Assembly: GCA_963793425.1 (NCBI GenBank)
Contig: CAWCAG010000009.1
Span: 384,001-448,000, forward strand
From: an uncultured cyanobacterium
GTDB lineage: Bacteria; Cyanobacteriota; Cyanobacteriia; Cyanobacteriales; CAWCAG01
Direction of reading: 5' to 3'
DNA length: 64,000 bases
Shown: positions 49,646-60,021 of the stretch, piece by piece
How positions within the stretch are numbered: position 1 is the first letter of the stretch
Layout of the letters: the number at the start of each line of letters is the position of its first letter
Translations under genes and position numbers: made by a program
The notes under the pieces: generated by a model
What the model saw: the letters and a program-made list of their open reading frames with translations, nothing else
The model's database searches: none
What the model was told of the DNA's origin: nothing

Positions 49646-51838
49646 TTACTTATCACCAATTCCCAATTCCCTAACTTCCGGATTGTAAATAAGTAAATAA
49701 TTCCAATAATTACCAAAAACAGACTCTACATAACCTTTTGTTTCTGGAAAGGGAATATTTTCTATAAATACATCAGGATCTTCCCAACCGTATTCTTTTA
49801 CCCATTTACTCACATTACCAGGCCCCGCATTATAACTGGCGATCGCTAATAAAGAATTATTTTCATACTCTTGGTGAGTATAATTAAAAAACCAAGTCCC
49901 CAGGGTAACATTATCATTAGGATCAGTAAGAGAATAATCTTCAAGATTAATTTTTTCGGCTGCCCATTCCCCTGTGGAAGGTAACACTTGCATCAAACCT
50001 ACGGCCCCCGCTGAAGAAACAATTTCTTTTTCAAATCTTGATTCTTGGCGAATTAAAGAAGTAACCAAAAGGGGATTAAGTTGCCTTTGTTTTGACCCTT
50101 GTAAAATTACATCTTGATAAGGAAAAGGGAAAAGTGCTTGCCAATAATCTGGGCGTTGTCGCAAGACTGCCCATTCTGCTTTTTCTTCAGGTTCGCTGCG
50201 AAGTTTAAGACTCCAAATTTTCCCGATCCCTTGGATATATTCTTGTTGATTTAACATCAACAAACCATCAGTAAACTCTTCATTAACTGTTAGTTCTTCT
50301 TTCCCTCCTACTTCACCTTCCCACAGCATTTGTGCCTGATCATCTTGCCCCAGTTGATAGAGTTCTTGAAATTGTTCTGATCCAGCGGGAGGGGCAAACC
50401 TAATTTGAGGTTCCACAACTTCCGGGTTTAACTGCCGGACATTAGCAAAATCTCCTACATCCATTCCTAAAATAGATGCAGAACGCCAAGCATAATAAGA
50501 ATGGGGATGAGTAGCTAAAATGTAGCGAAAGGTTTTTTCTGCTTCTTGGGTTTGCCCTAATTGTTGCTGCCACTTCCCTACCCAAAAGGCAGCTTTAGGA
50601 GTAACCTCACTTTGGGGATTATTCTCAATAATTTTTTCTGCCCAAGTCGAAGCTTTTTCTAACTCTCCTTCTTTTGCCAACTTTTTCGCCACTTGCCAGC
50701 GATAATCTGCGGTAGTGTCGGATTCGGGATATTTATCAAGCAAAAATTGACGGACTTGGGAAGCAGAAGTTTTGCTTCTCATTTTGTCCAATAAATTAGC
50801 TTTTTTCATTAAAACCTCCGGGGCAGTATCAGGAAAAGCGGCGATCGCCTGATCATAATATTTAATCGTATCCTTGCTGTCAGACAAACTAGCTAAATGT
50901 TTGAGTGCCAAACTAGCTTCTTCTGTATCAGGAAACTGTTTAAGAAATTCCTGGTAATTACCCTTCGCTGCTTCGGTTTTACCCGTCAAATGCAAACCCC
51001 TAGCAATGCGATAGAGGTTTGGGGAAGTAGGAGGGTTTTTTTGGTAGGCTGGTATCGCTTGAGCATAAAGATCATTTTGCCAATAAAAATCGGCGATCGC
51101 TTGCCAGTTTTCTGAAGATAGCTGAGTTGAAGAATCGGTGATTCCTTTCTCCAATTTTGCCAATAAATCAGGGCTATTCGGGGCATATTCAACTAACCAC
51201 AAAACCAACTCAAACTGGTCAGGATTTTTCTCTAAACGTTCCCTAATCATTTGAGCAGTAAGGGGATGGTAAGGAAATTTCGCAATTGCCTGGTCCCAAT
51301 ATTGGGCATCGGTTTTGCCCAAATCATAAAGTGCTTTAACAATAACTGGCTCTTGAGGATAATCTATTAATAATTGGTTCAAGACTTCCTTCTCTTGTTC
51401 CAAGTCCCCCGTCAATTCATAAGCACCAGCTTGTTGCAGGGCAATTTGCGGCGCAAGAAGAGGATAACTTTTTGCCAAACCATCTAACCATTTTAGGGCT
51501 TCTTCCCCTTGTTCAGTAGCAATTAAATCAGCAGCTAACAAATAACGGGCGCGATACTGATCTAAAGACTTTTTACCCTCAGCAATTGATTTTAACTCAG
51601 TCTCCCTCTGTTCCGGTGACAAAGTAGCCAAAGGCAGAACTTGAGAATTAGCATCTTCCTCTTGCTGGCGTTGAGAGGATAATACTTCAGAGTTTTCTCC
51701 CCTTAAAATACCCAACCAACCTCTCTGGGCAGCTAACCAAAAAGTTGCCCCCAAACCAGAAGCGAGTATCACCACCAAAGCGATCGCTAAAGGAAGGTTA
51801 TTATGTTTTTGCAGCTTCCCCATTTTTTCAATGATCAA
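49646..51838 (-). CDS. slt: soluble lytic transglycosylase with TPR region
   Basis: IRQESRF, GAVGLMQ, SYNAGPGN and ETKGYV. Confidence 0.9.
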   Translation of the reverse strand: MIIEKMGKLQKHNNLPLAIALVVILASGLGATFWLAAQRGWLGILRGENSEVLSSQRQQEEDANSQVLPLATLSPEQRETELKSIAEGKKSLDQYRARYLLAADLIATEQGEEALKWLDGLAKSYPLLAPQIALQQAGAYELTGDLEQEKEVLNQLLIDYPQEPVIVKALYDLGKTDAQYWDQAIAKFPYHPLTAQMIRERLEKNPDQFELVLWLVEYAPNSPDLLAKLEKGITDSSTQLSSENWQAIADFYWQNDLYAQAIPAYQKNPPTSPNLYRIARGLHLTGKTEAAKGNYQEFLKQFPDTEEASLALKHLASLSDSKDTIKYYDQAIAAFPDTAPEVLMKKANLLDKMRSKTSASQVRQFLLDKYPESDTTADYRWQVAKKLAKEGELEKASTWAEKIIENNPQSEVTPKAAFWVGKWQQQLGQTQEAEKTFRYILATHPHSYYAWRSASILGMDVGDFANVRQLNPEVVEPQIRFAPPAGSEQFQELYQLGQDDQAQMLWEGEVGGKEELTVNEEFTDGLLMLNQQEYIQGIGKIWSLKLRSEPEEKAEWAVLRQRPDYWQALFPFPYQDVILQGSKQRQLNPLLVTSLIRQESRFEKEIVSSAGAVGLMQVLPSTGEWAAEKINLEDYSLTDPNDNVTLGTWFFNYTHQEYENNSLLAIASYNAGPGNVSKWVKEYGWEDPDVFIENIPFPETKGYVESVFGNYWNYLLIYNPEVRELGIGDK

Positions 51839-51979
51839 TAATCAGTTATCAGTTATTCAGTAATGCCTACGGTAACAGTGAAAAATCTTTCTCCGGTGTC
51901 ACCCAGTGTTCCCATCTCCCCATCTCCTTACTTCTTCCACTAAAATACTAGTTATCCGTACAGAGATTTAGAACAAGGA

Positions 51980-53458
51980 ATGCAAATTCGAGGAACGAAT
52001 CAATCCCAGTTAGACTGGGCTGGTGATGCCCTAGCTGTAGGCTTATTTGAAGAAGCCGTTGAAATTACGGGTGAACTGGCAACCTTAAATGACAAGTTAG
52101 CTGGAACCATTAAAGAATTAATTGCAGAAACAGAATTTGAGGGTAAAGCCAATAGTACAGCCGTAACTCGCGTTGGTGGTAATAGCCCCATTCGGAAAAT
52201 TATTTTAGTGGGTTTAGGAAAGCCCGATGAATTAAACCTAGACCGTTTGCGCCGTTGTGGGGCTGCGATCGCCAGAATTGCCAAACAGGAGAAAGTTAAA
52301 ACTGTAGGTATTAGTTTACCTGTAGTTCAAGAAGATTCTGCGACTACGGCTCAAGTTATTACTGAAGGCATAGTTTTAGCTCTTCATCAGGATAACCGTT
52401 TTAAGTCTGACCCAGAAGAAAAAAAAGAACTAAAACTAGAAACTGTTGATTTGTTGGGTTTATCAGGACAAGAAGCAGCCATCAACCATGCTGAACAAGT
52501 TAGCGCTGGGGTGATTTTAGCACGGGAATTAGTTGCTGCCCCAGCTAATACGGTAACTCCCCTTACCATGGCTGAAACTGCCCAAGAAATTGCCTCTGAA
52601 CATGGTTTAGAGTTAGAAATTTTAGAGCGGGAAGATTGTGAGAAACTGGGTATGGGAGCCTTTTTAGGAGTAGCGATGGCTTCGGATCTACCTCCTAAAT
52701 TTATTCACCTTACCTATAAACCTCAAGGTACACCAAGGCGCAAGGTGGCTATTGTGGGCAAAGGAGTTACCTTTGATTCTGGAGGATTGAATATTAAAGG
52801 TGCTGGTAGCGGCATCGAAACCATGAAAATGGATATGGGCGGCGGGGCAGCTACTTTAGGGACAGCTAAAGCTATCGGTTTATTGAAGCCGGATGTTGAG
52901 GTTCATTTTATCAGTGCTGTGGCCGAAAATATGATCAGCGGTCATGCTATGCACCCAGGAGATATTTTAACCGCTTCCAATGGTAAAACCATTGAAGTTA
53001 ACAATACCGACGCTGAAGGGCGCTTAACCCTAGCAGATGCTTTAGTATTTGCCGAAAAGCTAGAAGTAGATGCCATCGTCGATCTTGCCACCTTAACTGG
53101 GGCTTGTATTGTTGCCCTAGGAAACGAAATAGCGGGTTTGTGGAGTAGCGATGAGGACTTAGGGACACAAATTAAAGAAGCAGCAGAAGCAGCAGGAGAA
53201 AAGTTTTGGCAAATGCCTATGGAAGAGAAGTATTTTAAGGGTTTGAAATCTCCCATCGCCGATATGAAAAATACTGGCCCCCGTGCTGGTGGTTCCATCA
53301 CAGCAGCGTTATTCTTAAAACAGTTTGTCGAGAAAACCCCTTGGGCCCATTTAGATGTGGCAGGGCCAGTTTGGGCAGACAAAGACAATGGAGTTAACAA
53401 TTCTGGGGCCACCGGTTTCCCCGTCAGAACTTTAGTTAACTGGGTTTTACAAAGTTAA
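51980..53458 (+). CDS. pepA: leucyl aminopeptidase (M17)
   Basis: [26 protein letters not shown] and DLATLTGA. Confidence 0.96.
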   Translation: MQIRGTNQSQLDWAGDALAVGLFEEAVEITGELATLNDKLAGTIKELIAETEFEGKANSTAVTRVGGNSPIRKIILVGLGKPDELNLDRLRRCGAAIARIAKQEKVKTVGISLPVVQEDSATTAQVITEGIVLALHQDNRFKSDPEEKKELKLETVDLLGLSGQEAAINHAEQVSAGVILARELVAAPANTVTPLTMAETAQEIASEHGLELEILEREDCEKLGMGAFLGVAMASDLPPKFIHLTYKPQGTPRRKVAIVGKGVTFDSGGLNIKGAGSGIETMKMDMGGGAATLGTAKAIGLLKPDVEVHFISAVAENMISGHAMHPGDILTASNGKTIEVNNTDAEGRLTLADALVFAEKLEVDAIVDLATLTGACIVALGNEIAGLWSSDEDLGTQIKEAAEAAGEKFWQMPMEEKYFKGLKSPIADMKNTGPRAGGSITAALFLKQFVEKTPWAHLDVAGPVWADKDNGVNNSGATGFPVRTLVNWVLQS

Positions 53459-53478
53459 CCAACTACCCAAAAACAGTA

Positions 53479-53514
53479 ATTGACGCTTAAGATGATCTTC
53501 TCTTAAGCGTCAAT
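53479..53514 (+). terminator. hairpin after pepA
   Basis: 14-bp perfect stem ATTGACGCTTAAGA / TCTTAAGCGTCAAT; no clear U-tract. Confidence 0.6.
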
Positions 53515-53837
53515 CACAACCCAAAACCTAGAATTGCACACAGACTTAATTTAATTAATATTTGCGGGTGTCATACTAAACTTAAGAGCATGACAATTTC
53601 TTTTAATAGTTGCACTTCCTTACCTTAAAATCAAGGTCTTAAAATTTTTCATTATTCAATAGTTAATACACCCTGAATAAAAACGACTCATCTAATTTGC
53701 TCCTATAAATATCATCTAGGATGTATGTTTGCGATTATGTATACGTTGGTGTTGATTTTTGTATACGTTTAGGGAAAATTAAAAAAAAGTCTGCTCTTTC
53801 AATAAACGTTGGGAGATGGGAAGAAGTTTTTAAAAAC

Positions 53838-53870
53838 AAAAGCAGAGAGTTAAATTAACTCTCTGCTTTT
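53838..53870 (-). terminator. intrinsic terminator downstream of tRNA-Arg
   Basis: AAAAGCAGAGAGTTAA / TTAACTCTCTGCTTTT stem with T-tracts on both sides. Confidence 0.7.
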
Positions 53871-53907
53871 ACCATAAACTTTCTAATAAGGTCATGGGTT
53901 TAATATA

Positions 53908-53981
53908 CGGGCCAGGAGGGATTCGAACCCCCGACACCGTGGTCCGTAGCCACGTGCTCTAGTCCACTGAGCTACAGGCCC
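53908..53981 (-). tRNA. trnR: tRNA-Arg (ACG)
   Basis: Reverse complement GGGCCTGTAGCTCAGTGG...CGTGG-CT-ACG-GA-CCACG...GGTTCGAATCC; CCA end not encoded. Confidence 0.97.
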
Positions 53982-54019
53982 CTATCTAGATACATTATCC
54001 TAGCATATAATCTCAAAAC

Positions 54020-54538
54020 ATGGAACAAAATTCTTCCGCCCCAAAGCCCCTAACCCATTTAGATAGCCAAGGGCAAGCCCAAATGGTTGATGTATCCCAC
54101 AAAAACCCTACCCGCCGCCAAGCAGTGGCGATGGGTCAAGTGAAGATGTTACACAGTACCCTCGAAGCCATTGAAGCTGGCAATAGCCCCAAAGGAGATG
54201 TTCTGGGTACAGCCAGGTTAGCGGGTATTATGGCAGCGAAACAAACAGCACAACTTATTCCTTTGTGTCATCCTCTACCTTTACATAAAATAGAAGTTAA
54301 CCTAACCGCTGCCCCTCAGTTACCGGGTTATCTTATTCAAGCTTCTGTGATTACGAAAGCAGAAACAGGAGTAGAAATGGAGGCTTTAACAGCAGTTTCT
54401 GTAGCTGCGTTAACTTTGTACGACATGGCTAAGGCTTTGGAAAAGTCTATGGAAATTACAGATATTCATTTGGTTAGTAAGACTGGGGGGAAGTCGGGAA
54501 GTTGGGAGACTGAGAAACTGAGAAACTGGGAGAATTAA
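54020..54538 (+). CDS. moaC: cyclic pyranopterin monophosphate synthase
   Basis: [35 protein letters not shown] and KTGGKSG. Confidence 0.96.
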   Translation: MEQNSSAPKPLTHLDSQGQAQMVDVSHKNPTRRQAVAMGQVKMLHSTLEAIEAGNSPKGDVLGTARLAGIMAAKQTAQLIPLCHPLPLHKIEVNLTAAPQLPGYLIQASVITKAETGVEMEALTAVSVAALTLYDMAKALEKSMEITDIHLVSKTGGKSGSWETEKLRNWEN

Positions 54539-54544
54539 TGAACT

Positions 54545-54566
54545 TTCGCTTTGCCCCAAAGCGAAA
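54545..54566. terminator. hairpin between convergent moaC and aldo/keto reductase
   Basis: TTCGCTTTG-CCC-CAAAGCGAA stem-loop. Confidence 0.6.
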
Positions 54567-55525
54567 TTACCATTTCCACATGACAGGATCGCTGTCGAGA
54601 TGATCGGTTACGTGGTGGCTGATTTGGTCGATTTCTTTGAGTTCTTCTTCAGAAAGCTTAACCTCGGCAGCCTTAGCGTTGGCGGAAGCTTGTTGGGCAT
54701 TTCTTGCACCGGCGATCGCATTACTTTGGGGTTGGGCGATTAACCAAGCCAGGGCTAGTTGAGCTAAACTACAATCATGATTCTTAGCTAAGGGACGAAG
54801 TTTATCAAGGGCTTCTTGCGCTCTTTGGTAGTTTTCTCCTTGAAAAAGCTTGTTTTTAGAACGATGATCACCTTCTGCAAATTGGTGATCTGGCCAAATT
54901 TTCCGGTTAATAATCCCTGGGCAAGGGAAGAATAGGCAAGAATAGAAATATTATTTTCTACACAATAATCCCTAGCATCGGTTTCTACTTGTCGCCAAAA
55001 TAGAGAATAGGGTGGTTGTAAGCTATCAATGCGCCCATATTGTGTGGCTTCAGTTAGCTGACTACGAGAAAAGTTAGAAACGCCAATCGCTCTGATTTTA
55101 CCTTGTTCTTTGAGTTTGTTCAGAGCGTTCATCGTTTCTTCTACTGGTACAACCTCACTATTAAAGTTACCAGAAGGCCAATGAATTTGGTAGAGATCAA
55201 GATAGTCGGTTTGAAGATTTTTTAAAGAGCGATCGCAAGCTTCAATTACTTGATCATACTTAAGATGGTTGGCAAAGACTTTAGAAGCATAAACAACCTG
55301 TTCTCTCACATCAGCCAAGGCTTTGGCAACAACTTGTTCTGAATGTCCTTCCCCATAAACCTCGGCTGTATCAATGGTAGTAATACCAGCCTCAAAAGCA
55401 GCCCGGATTGCTTTAATACTCTCTTCATCTTCAATACCCACCCACATCCGCTTACCGGCTTGCCAAGTTCCCATCAAAATTGGCGATATTTGTACCTCAG
55501 AGTTACCTAAAGTTCGTGTTTCCAT
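54567..55525 (-). pseudogene. aldo/keto reductase with a 1-nt frameshift near 54893 (possible sequencing error)
   Basis: IDTAEVYG, DLYQIHWP, IGVSNF and QGLLTGKF; the reading continues in another frame as PDHQFAEGDHR...LAQLALAWL...IAGARN to a stop at 54567. Confidence 0.85.
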
Positions 55526-55648
55526 ACTTCGTACATCTGTTGTTAAATCTTCATTTTTATCTTGACACACAAAAACTCTTCCTATCTATAGCTGCTGGTA
55601 GTGTGATCGCTTCATTTTTTGTACATCAAAAGATTTAGGCGGGTATAA

Positions 55649-55663
55649 TGATAACCATTATCA
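55649..55663. promoter_or_regulatory. Zur box overlapping a TATAAT -10 element
   Basis: TGATAACCATTATCA versus the cyanobacterial Zur consensus TGATAATNATTATCA; TATAAT at 55644-55649; upstream of a ZnuA-like gene. Confidence 0.8.
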
Positions 55664-55709
55664 TCAAGATTGTCTCCAATCTAGGTTTAAAGGATAGGAA
55701 GTAAAATTA

Positions 55710-56690
55710 ATGCTCAAAACTCTCAGCCTCTTAATCAGTGTTGCCATCACTACGGGTCTATTAGGTTGCACTGAAAGTAGCCAGATAAATAAAGAGAATA
55801 CCAACGCTACAGAAGCAAAAGGAAAGCCGCAAGTAGTAGTTTCTAGTAGCATTCTCTGCGACTTAACCGCAAAAATCGCCCAAGAAACCATCGCCCAAAC
55901 CTGTTTAATAGCAAGAGAACAAGACTCCCATAGCTACACTACAACTACTGCTAATCGCAAAGCCATTGAAACAGCACAGCTAGTTCTTTATGATGGGTAT
56001 GATTTAATACCAGCTATTGAGGATATAGTAGAATCATCTGTAGATACTCCTGCTAATAAGGTGGCTGTTTATGAAGAAGCTGTTACCGAACCAATCATGG
56101 CGAAGCATGACCACCATGAGCATGAAGGGGAAGAACTTGAAGCTGATCCCCATGTTTGGCATAATGTACAAAATGTGATTGCGGCTGTAGAAGTTATTGA
56201 AAAAGAACTAGCAGCCGTTAACCCAGAAGAAAAGCAATTCTATGAAGATAATGCCAAACAGTTTAAAAGAGAATTAGAAGAGTTAGATAGTTGGGTGAAA
56301 AAGCAAGTTGCCACTATTCCCCAACAAAAACGTACTTTGGTAACCACCCACGAAGCTTTTAACTACTACATCCAAGCCTATGGCTTTGAAGGTAGCGAAG
56401 CTTTGCAGGGATTAAGTACAGAGGATTCACCGGCAGCAGCGGATGTAAAAAAATTAGTTAAGATGCTGAGAGAAACTCAAGTACCAACTATTTTTTCTGA
56501 AGCAGCAAGTAACGACAAAATTATTGCGACAGTTGCCCGTGAAGCTGCGGTTAAGGTAGCTGAGGAGAGTTTGCTTACCGATGCTTTAGGGAAAAAAGAT
56601 AGTGAAACAGGTACTTACATTGGCATGATGGTTACCAATACCTGTACCATTGTCGAAGGTTTGGACGGTCAATGTAATGGCTTTTTCTAG
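55710..56690 (+). CDS. Zn/Mn ABC substrate-binding lipoprotein (ZnuA/TroA family)
   Basis: Lipobox LLGC, DSHSY, His-rich loop, DPHVW and THEAFNY. Confidence 0.9.
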   Translation: MLKTLSLLISVAITTGLLGCTESSQINKENTNATEAKGKPQVVVSSSILCDLTAKIAQETIAQTCLIAREQDSHSYTTTTANRKAIETAQLVLYDGYDLIPAIEDIVESSVDTPANKVAVYEEAVTEPIMAKHDHHEHEGEELEADPHVWHNVQNVIAAVEVIEKELAAVNPEEKQFYEDNAKQFKRELEELDSWVKKQVATIPQQKRTLVTTHEAFNYYIQAYGFEGSEALQGLSTEDSPAAADVKKLVKMLRETQVPTIFSEAASNDKIIATVAREAAVKVAEESLLTDALGKKDSETGTYIGMMVTNTCTIVEGLDGQCNGFF

Positions 56691-56748
56691 TGTTAAAAGT
56701 TATGGTTGACATTGGTTTCTCATTCATCCATCAATTCCTGTTAAGCCC

Positions 56749-57564
56749 TTGAATATTCGTTTATTAATCCTCGATATTGACGGCACAATTGCCGGGGAAT
56801 CTAACCAAGTACGTGATGCTGTAATTAAAGCAGTGGAAAAGGTACAAAAGGAAGGAATAATGGTTGCTTTGGCTACCGGAAGAATGTATTGTTCTGCCCT
56901 GCGGTTTTACAAAACTATTGGTTCTAAATTACCTCTTATTGCTTATAATGGCGCTTGGATACAAAACCCTCAAACCGGAAAACTTCTCCGGCATCTTCCT
57001 CTTCCATCAGAAGTTGCTGAGGAATTATTAGATTATTTAGAACAACAAAAGTTTGCTTCTCTATTGGGGATACATTTTTATATCCAAGATAAACTATATG
57101 TTCAAGAAATAACCCAAAGAACAAAGAATTATGCTGCACGTTCTGGTGTTCAACCAACCCAAGTAGAAGATTTACATCAAGTTATTTCTTCTTTGCCAAC
57201 TAAGGTTTTAACCCTTAGTGATGATGTGGAAATAATTAAGCAGTTGACCCAAAGTTTACAGGAGCATTACGAAAATAGTAAGGTATATATTACTCAATCT
57301 ACTCCTACTTTCGTAGAAGCAACTTCTATGACAGCGAATAAAGGTAATGCTGTTCGTTATTTAACAGAAGAAGTGCTGGGTTTAAAAGCAGAAAATGTGA
57401 TGGCTATCGGTGATAATTTTAATGATTGGGAAATGCTTAAATATGCTCAAATTGGTGTAGCTATGGGAGATGGGCCGGAAGAAGTACAAAAATTAGCCCA
57501 GTGGGTAGCTCCAGGAGTAGAGGAAGATGGAGTTGTAGCAGCGATTGAAAAGTTTTTGCTTTGA
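56749..57564 (+). CDS. Cof-type HAD-IIB hydrolase
   Basis: LDIDGT, ATGR, NKG, IGDNFND and EDGV. Confidence 0.92.
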   Translation: MNIRLLILDIDGTIAGESNQVRDAVIKAVEKVQKEGIMVALATGRMYCSALRFYKTIGSKLPLIAYNGAWIQNPQTGKLLRHLPLPSEVAEELLDYLEQQKFASLLGIHFYIQDKLYVQEITQRTKNYAARSGVQPTQVEDLHQVISSLPTKVLTLSDDVEIIKQLTQSLQEHYENSKVYITQSTPTFVEATSMTANKGNAVRYLTEEVLGLKAENVMAIGDNFNDWEMLKYAQIGVAMGDGPEEVQKLAQWVAPGVEEDGVVAAIEKFLL

Positions 57565-57581
57565 AAAGGTAAGTAATAGAT

Positions 57582-58013
57582 ATGACTACTAAATCTCAAA
57601 TGAAAGCTTATAGTTGCCCTATTGAAAAGTTGCCTGGGCTGAGTGAACAGAATAAAATTCAACTTAAAGCTTGCGGCATCAATAATAGTAAGCAACTATT
57701 ACAAAAAGCTGGTACTGTTCAGTTACAAAATGCGATCGCAACTCAATTACAAATTAATGTTAACTACATTAAGAAATGGGTTGCCTTGGCTGATTTAGCC
57801 CGCTTACCTAATGTTGGTTATAAATATTGTGGAGTTTTGCTACATTCCGGCATTGCTTCTGTGGTTCAGCTAGCTCAAACTCCTCCCCACAGACTACATC
57901 GGCAAATTTTAAAAATGCAAGTAGCGACTATGCAACGCCGGGATTTGTGTCCCACAATAGATGAAGTTCAAAAGTGGGTTGAACAAGCAGGTACAATGAT
58001 CAATAATCATTGA
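57582..58013 (+). CDS. DUF4332 family protein
   Basis: LPGL, KWVALADLAR and YCGVLLHSGI. Confidence 0.8.
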   Translation: MTTKSQMKAYSCPIEKLPGLSEQNKIQLKACGINNSKQLLQKAGTVQLQNAIATQLQINVNYIKKWVALADLARLPNVGYKYCGVLLHSGIASVVQLAQTPPHRLHRQILKMQVATMQRRDLCPTIDEVQKWVEQAGTMINNH

Positions 58014-58023
58014 TCAATATAAT

Positions 58024-59049
58024 TCATTTCTGGCACAGGAGCAAGCCAAACCAACCCTGTTTATCTGCCCAAACTTGTAAGGAATTTAAACCTTGACTAG
58101 ATAAATATTGTTGCATTTTTTGTAAATCAAACTTACGAGATATTTCTGTTAAAATAGCTTCTTTTTGCTTAAACTTCACTTCTAAATCAAGACTTTTCAA
58201 GCAAACTGTTTGGTCAACTTCACTAACTAAATAAAGTTCGATTTGCGATTTTTCTGTATTATAAATAGCATGATGGGAAAACAGACTAAGGTTAAAATCA
58301 CCACGAAAACGCCAGTTTAAATGGCGTAGCATATTAAGATTAAATGCTGCTGTTATACCTTGGCTATCATTATAAGCCGCTTCAAGAACTTCTTGAGGTT
58401 TTTGTAAATCGATACCTAAAAGAAAATAATCTCCTGGTTCTAAAGAATTATTCACTTTTTCTAAGAAAAGATTGCACTCTTCCGGACTCAAGTTACCTAA
58501 AGTACTGCCTAAGAAGAAAACTAAACGGCTAGGAAAAGAAGAGGGATTAAGTTTAGCTAAAGCTTGTTCATAAGTGGCAACCAAACCTTCTATTTGCAGG
58601 GAAGTATAATCTTGCAGTAACTGCCTCGCACTATGTTCTAATATCTCCGCGCTGACATCAATAGGAATGTAGCGTAGATTAGGACTTAATTCTTGATAAG
58701 CATCTAATAAAAAGCGAGTTTTGGTTGAACTACCGCTACCTAATTCTACTAACTCACAAGCCCCCGTTAGGCGAGCAGTTTCTGGGGCATATTGCTTTAA
58801 TAAAGAGCCTTCAGTACGAGTTAAATAGTATTCTGGCAATTCACAAATTTTCTCAAATAATTGTGAGCCAACTTCATCATAAAAATAGCGAGGAGAAAGT
58901 GATTTTGTTGTTTTACTTAACCCTGCTATAACATCTTTACCGTCATCTACCTTTAGTTCTAAATCAGGCTTAAGTAAATGTCTAACTTCTAGACGATGTT
59001 CTTTTACAGCTAAGCTGGGGTTTTCTTTAGCACTCTGATAAGTTGACAT
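58024..59049 (-). CDS. egtD: L-histidine N-alpha-methyltransferase
   Basis: YFYDEVGSQLFEKICELPEYY, VELGSGSSTKT, FLGSTLGN, AYND and TEISRKF. Confidence 0.93.
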   Translation of the reverse strand: MSTYQSAKENPSLAVKEHRLEVRHLLKPDLELKVDDGKDVIAGLSKTTKSLSPRYFYDEVGSQLFEKICELPEYYLTRTEGSLLKQYAPETARLTGACELVELGSGSSTKTRFLLDAYQELSPNLRYIPIDVSAEILEHSARQLLQDYTSLQIEGLVATYEQALAKLNPSSFPSRLVFFLGSTLGNLSPEECNLFLEKVNNSLEPGDYFLLGIDLQKPQEVLEAAYNDSQGITAAFNLNMLRHLNWRFRGDFNLSLFSHHAIYNTEKSQIELYLVSEVDQTVCLKSLDLEVKFKQKEAILTEISRKFDLQKMQQYLSSQGLNSLQVWADKQGWFGLLLCQK

Positions 59050-59181
59050 TTCTAATGTATTTTAAGTTGTTGACTGTTGGTTGTTACTAAGTACAATTCT
59101 ATCAACTGTACAACTTATTAGCTATACTAAGCTATTAAACATTACCAAGGTAAGAAAAAAAGTATTATCACTTATTACTTG

Positions 59182-60003
59182 TTACTTATTACCTACCCAT
59201 TCCTGAAGCTGTACCAATTCTTCTTTAGGCATATTACGGAGATTTTCTAAACCAGGAAAACCACTTTTCTCTACATCTTTCTGGTAGCTTTTAATAGTTT
59301 CTAAAGTAAGAGCTTGATAGTCTTGATACTTTTTGGCTAATCTTAACTTCCGAGGAGTAATACCCAAAATATCATTAACAATCAGAACTTGACCATCAGT
59401 AAATCTGCCAGAACCAATACCAATAGTAGGAATTTGTAACTTGCTAGTAATAACTTGCCCTAACTCTTCAGGAACTAATTCCAACACCAGCATAAATGTT
59501 CCCAGTTTTTCTAGCTTAATTGCGCTGGAAATTATTTCTTTTGCTTGCTCAAACTTTTTACCTTGAACTGCTTTTTCTTGCTGAGTTTGAGGCATTAAAC
59601 CAAGATGCCCACAAACTTTAATATCTTGTTCTACTAAGCATTTCACTACATCCTCCCGCACCCCCTCTAACTTGACACAATCAGCCCCATTTTCTACCAG
59701 CCTCTGGGCATTTGCTAAAGCTTGTTGAGGAGTTTCATAGGATTTGTGGGGTAAGTCGGCCAGGATATAACTTTCTTTCACTCCTCGACACACTGCTTTG
59801 AGATGATGGACAATATCATCCATCGTCACTTGGGTTTCATCCTCATAACCAAGAATGTTAGTTCCTACACTATCTCCAACAAAGATGACATCTATGCCAG
59901 CACGATCTTCCAAAATTGCGGTAGGGTAATCGTAACAAGTTAGGGCAGTAATTTTTTGCTGCCGGAGCTTTTTTTGTTGTAGATACTCTGAAGTTTTCTT
60001 CAT
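59182..60003 (-). CDS. panB: 3-methyl-2-oxobutanoate hydroxymethyltransferase
   Basis: TCYDY, VGDS, VKLEG, GHLGLMPQ, PTIGIGSG and DGQVL. Confidence 0.88.
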   Translation of the reverse strand: MKKTSEYLQQKKLRQQKITALTCYDYPTAILEDRAGIDVIFVGDSVGTNILGYEDETQVTMDDIVHHLKAVCRGVKESYILADLPHKSYETPQQALANAQRLVENGADCVKLEGVREDVVKCLVEQDIKVCGHLGLMPQTQQEKAVQGKKFEQAKEIISSAIKLEKLGTFMLVLELVPEELGQVITSKLQIPTIGIGSGRFTDGQVLIVNDILGITPRKLRLAKKYQDYQALTLETIKSYQKDVEKSGFPGLENLRNMPKEELVQLQEWVGNK

Positions 60004-60021
60004 CGAAGTATTCGACCGATT

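Noticed and set aside
52000..53412. Antisense ORFs within pepA, and similar shadow ORFs across the window
   Set aside because: They fully overlap well-supported genes on the opposite strand and show no motifs.
53908..53981. Prophage or island integrated at tRNA-Arg
   Set aside because: No integrase and no duplicated tRNA 3' end seen in the window.
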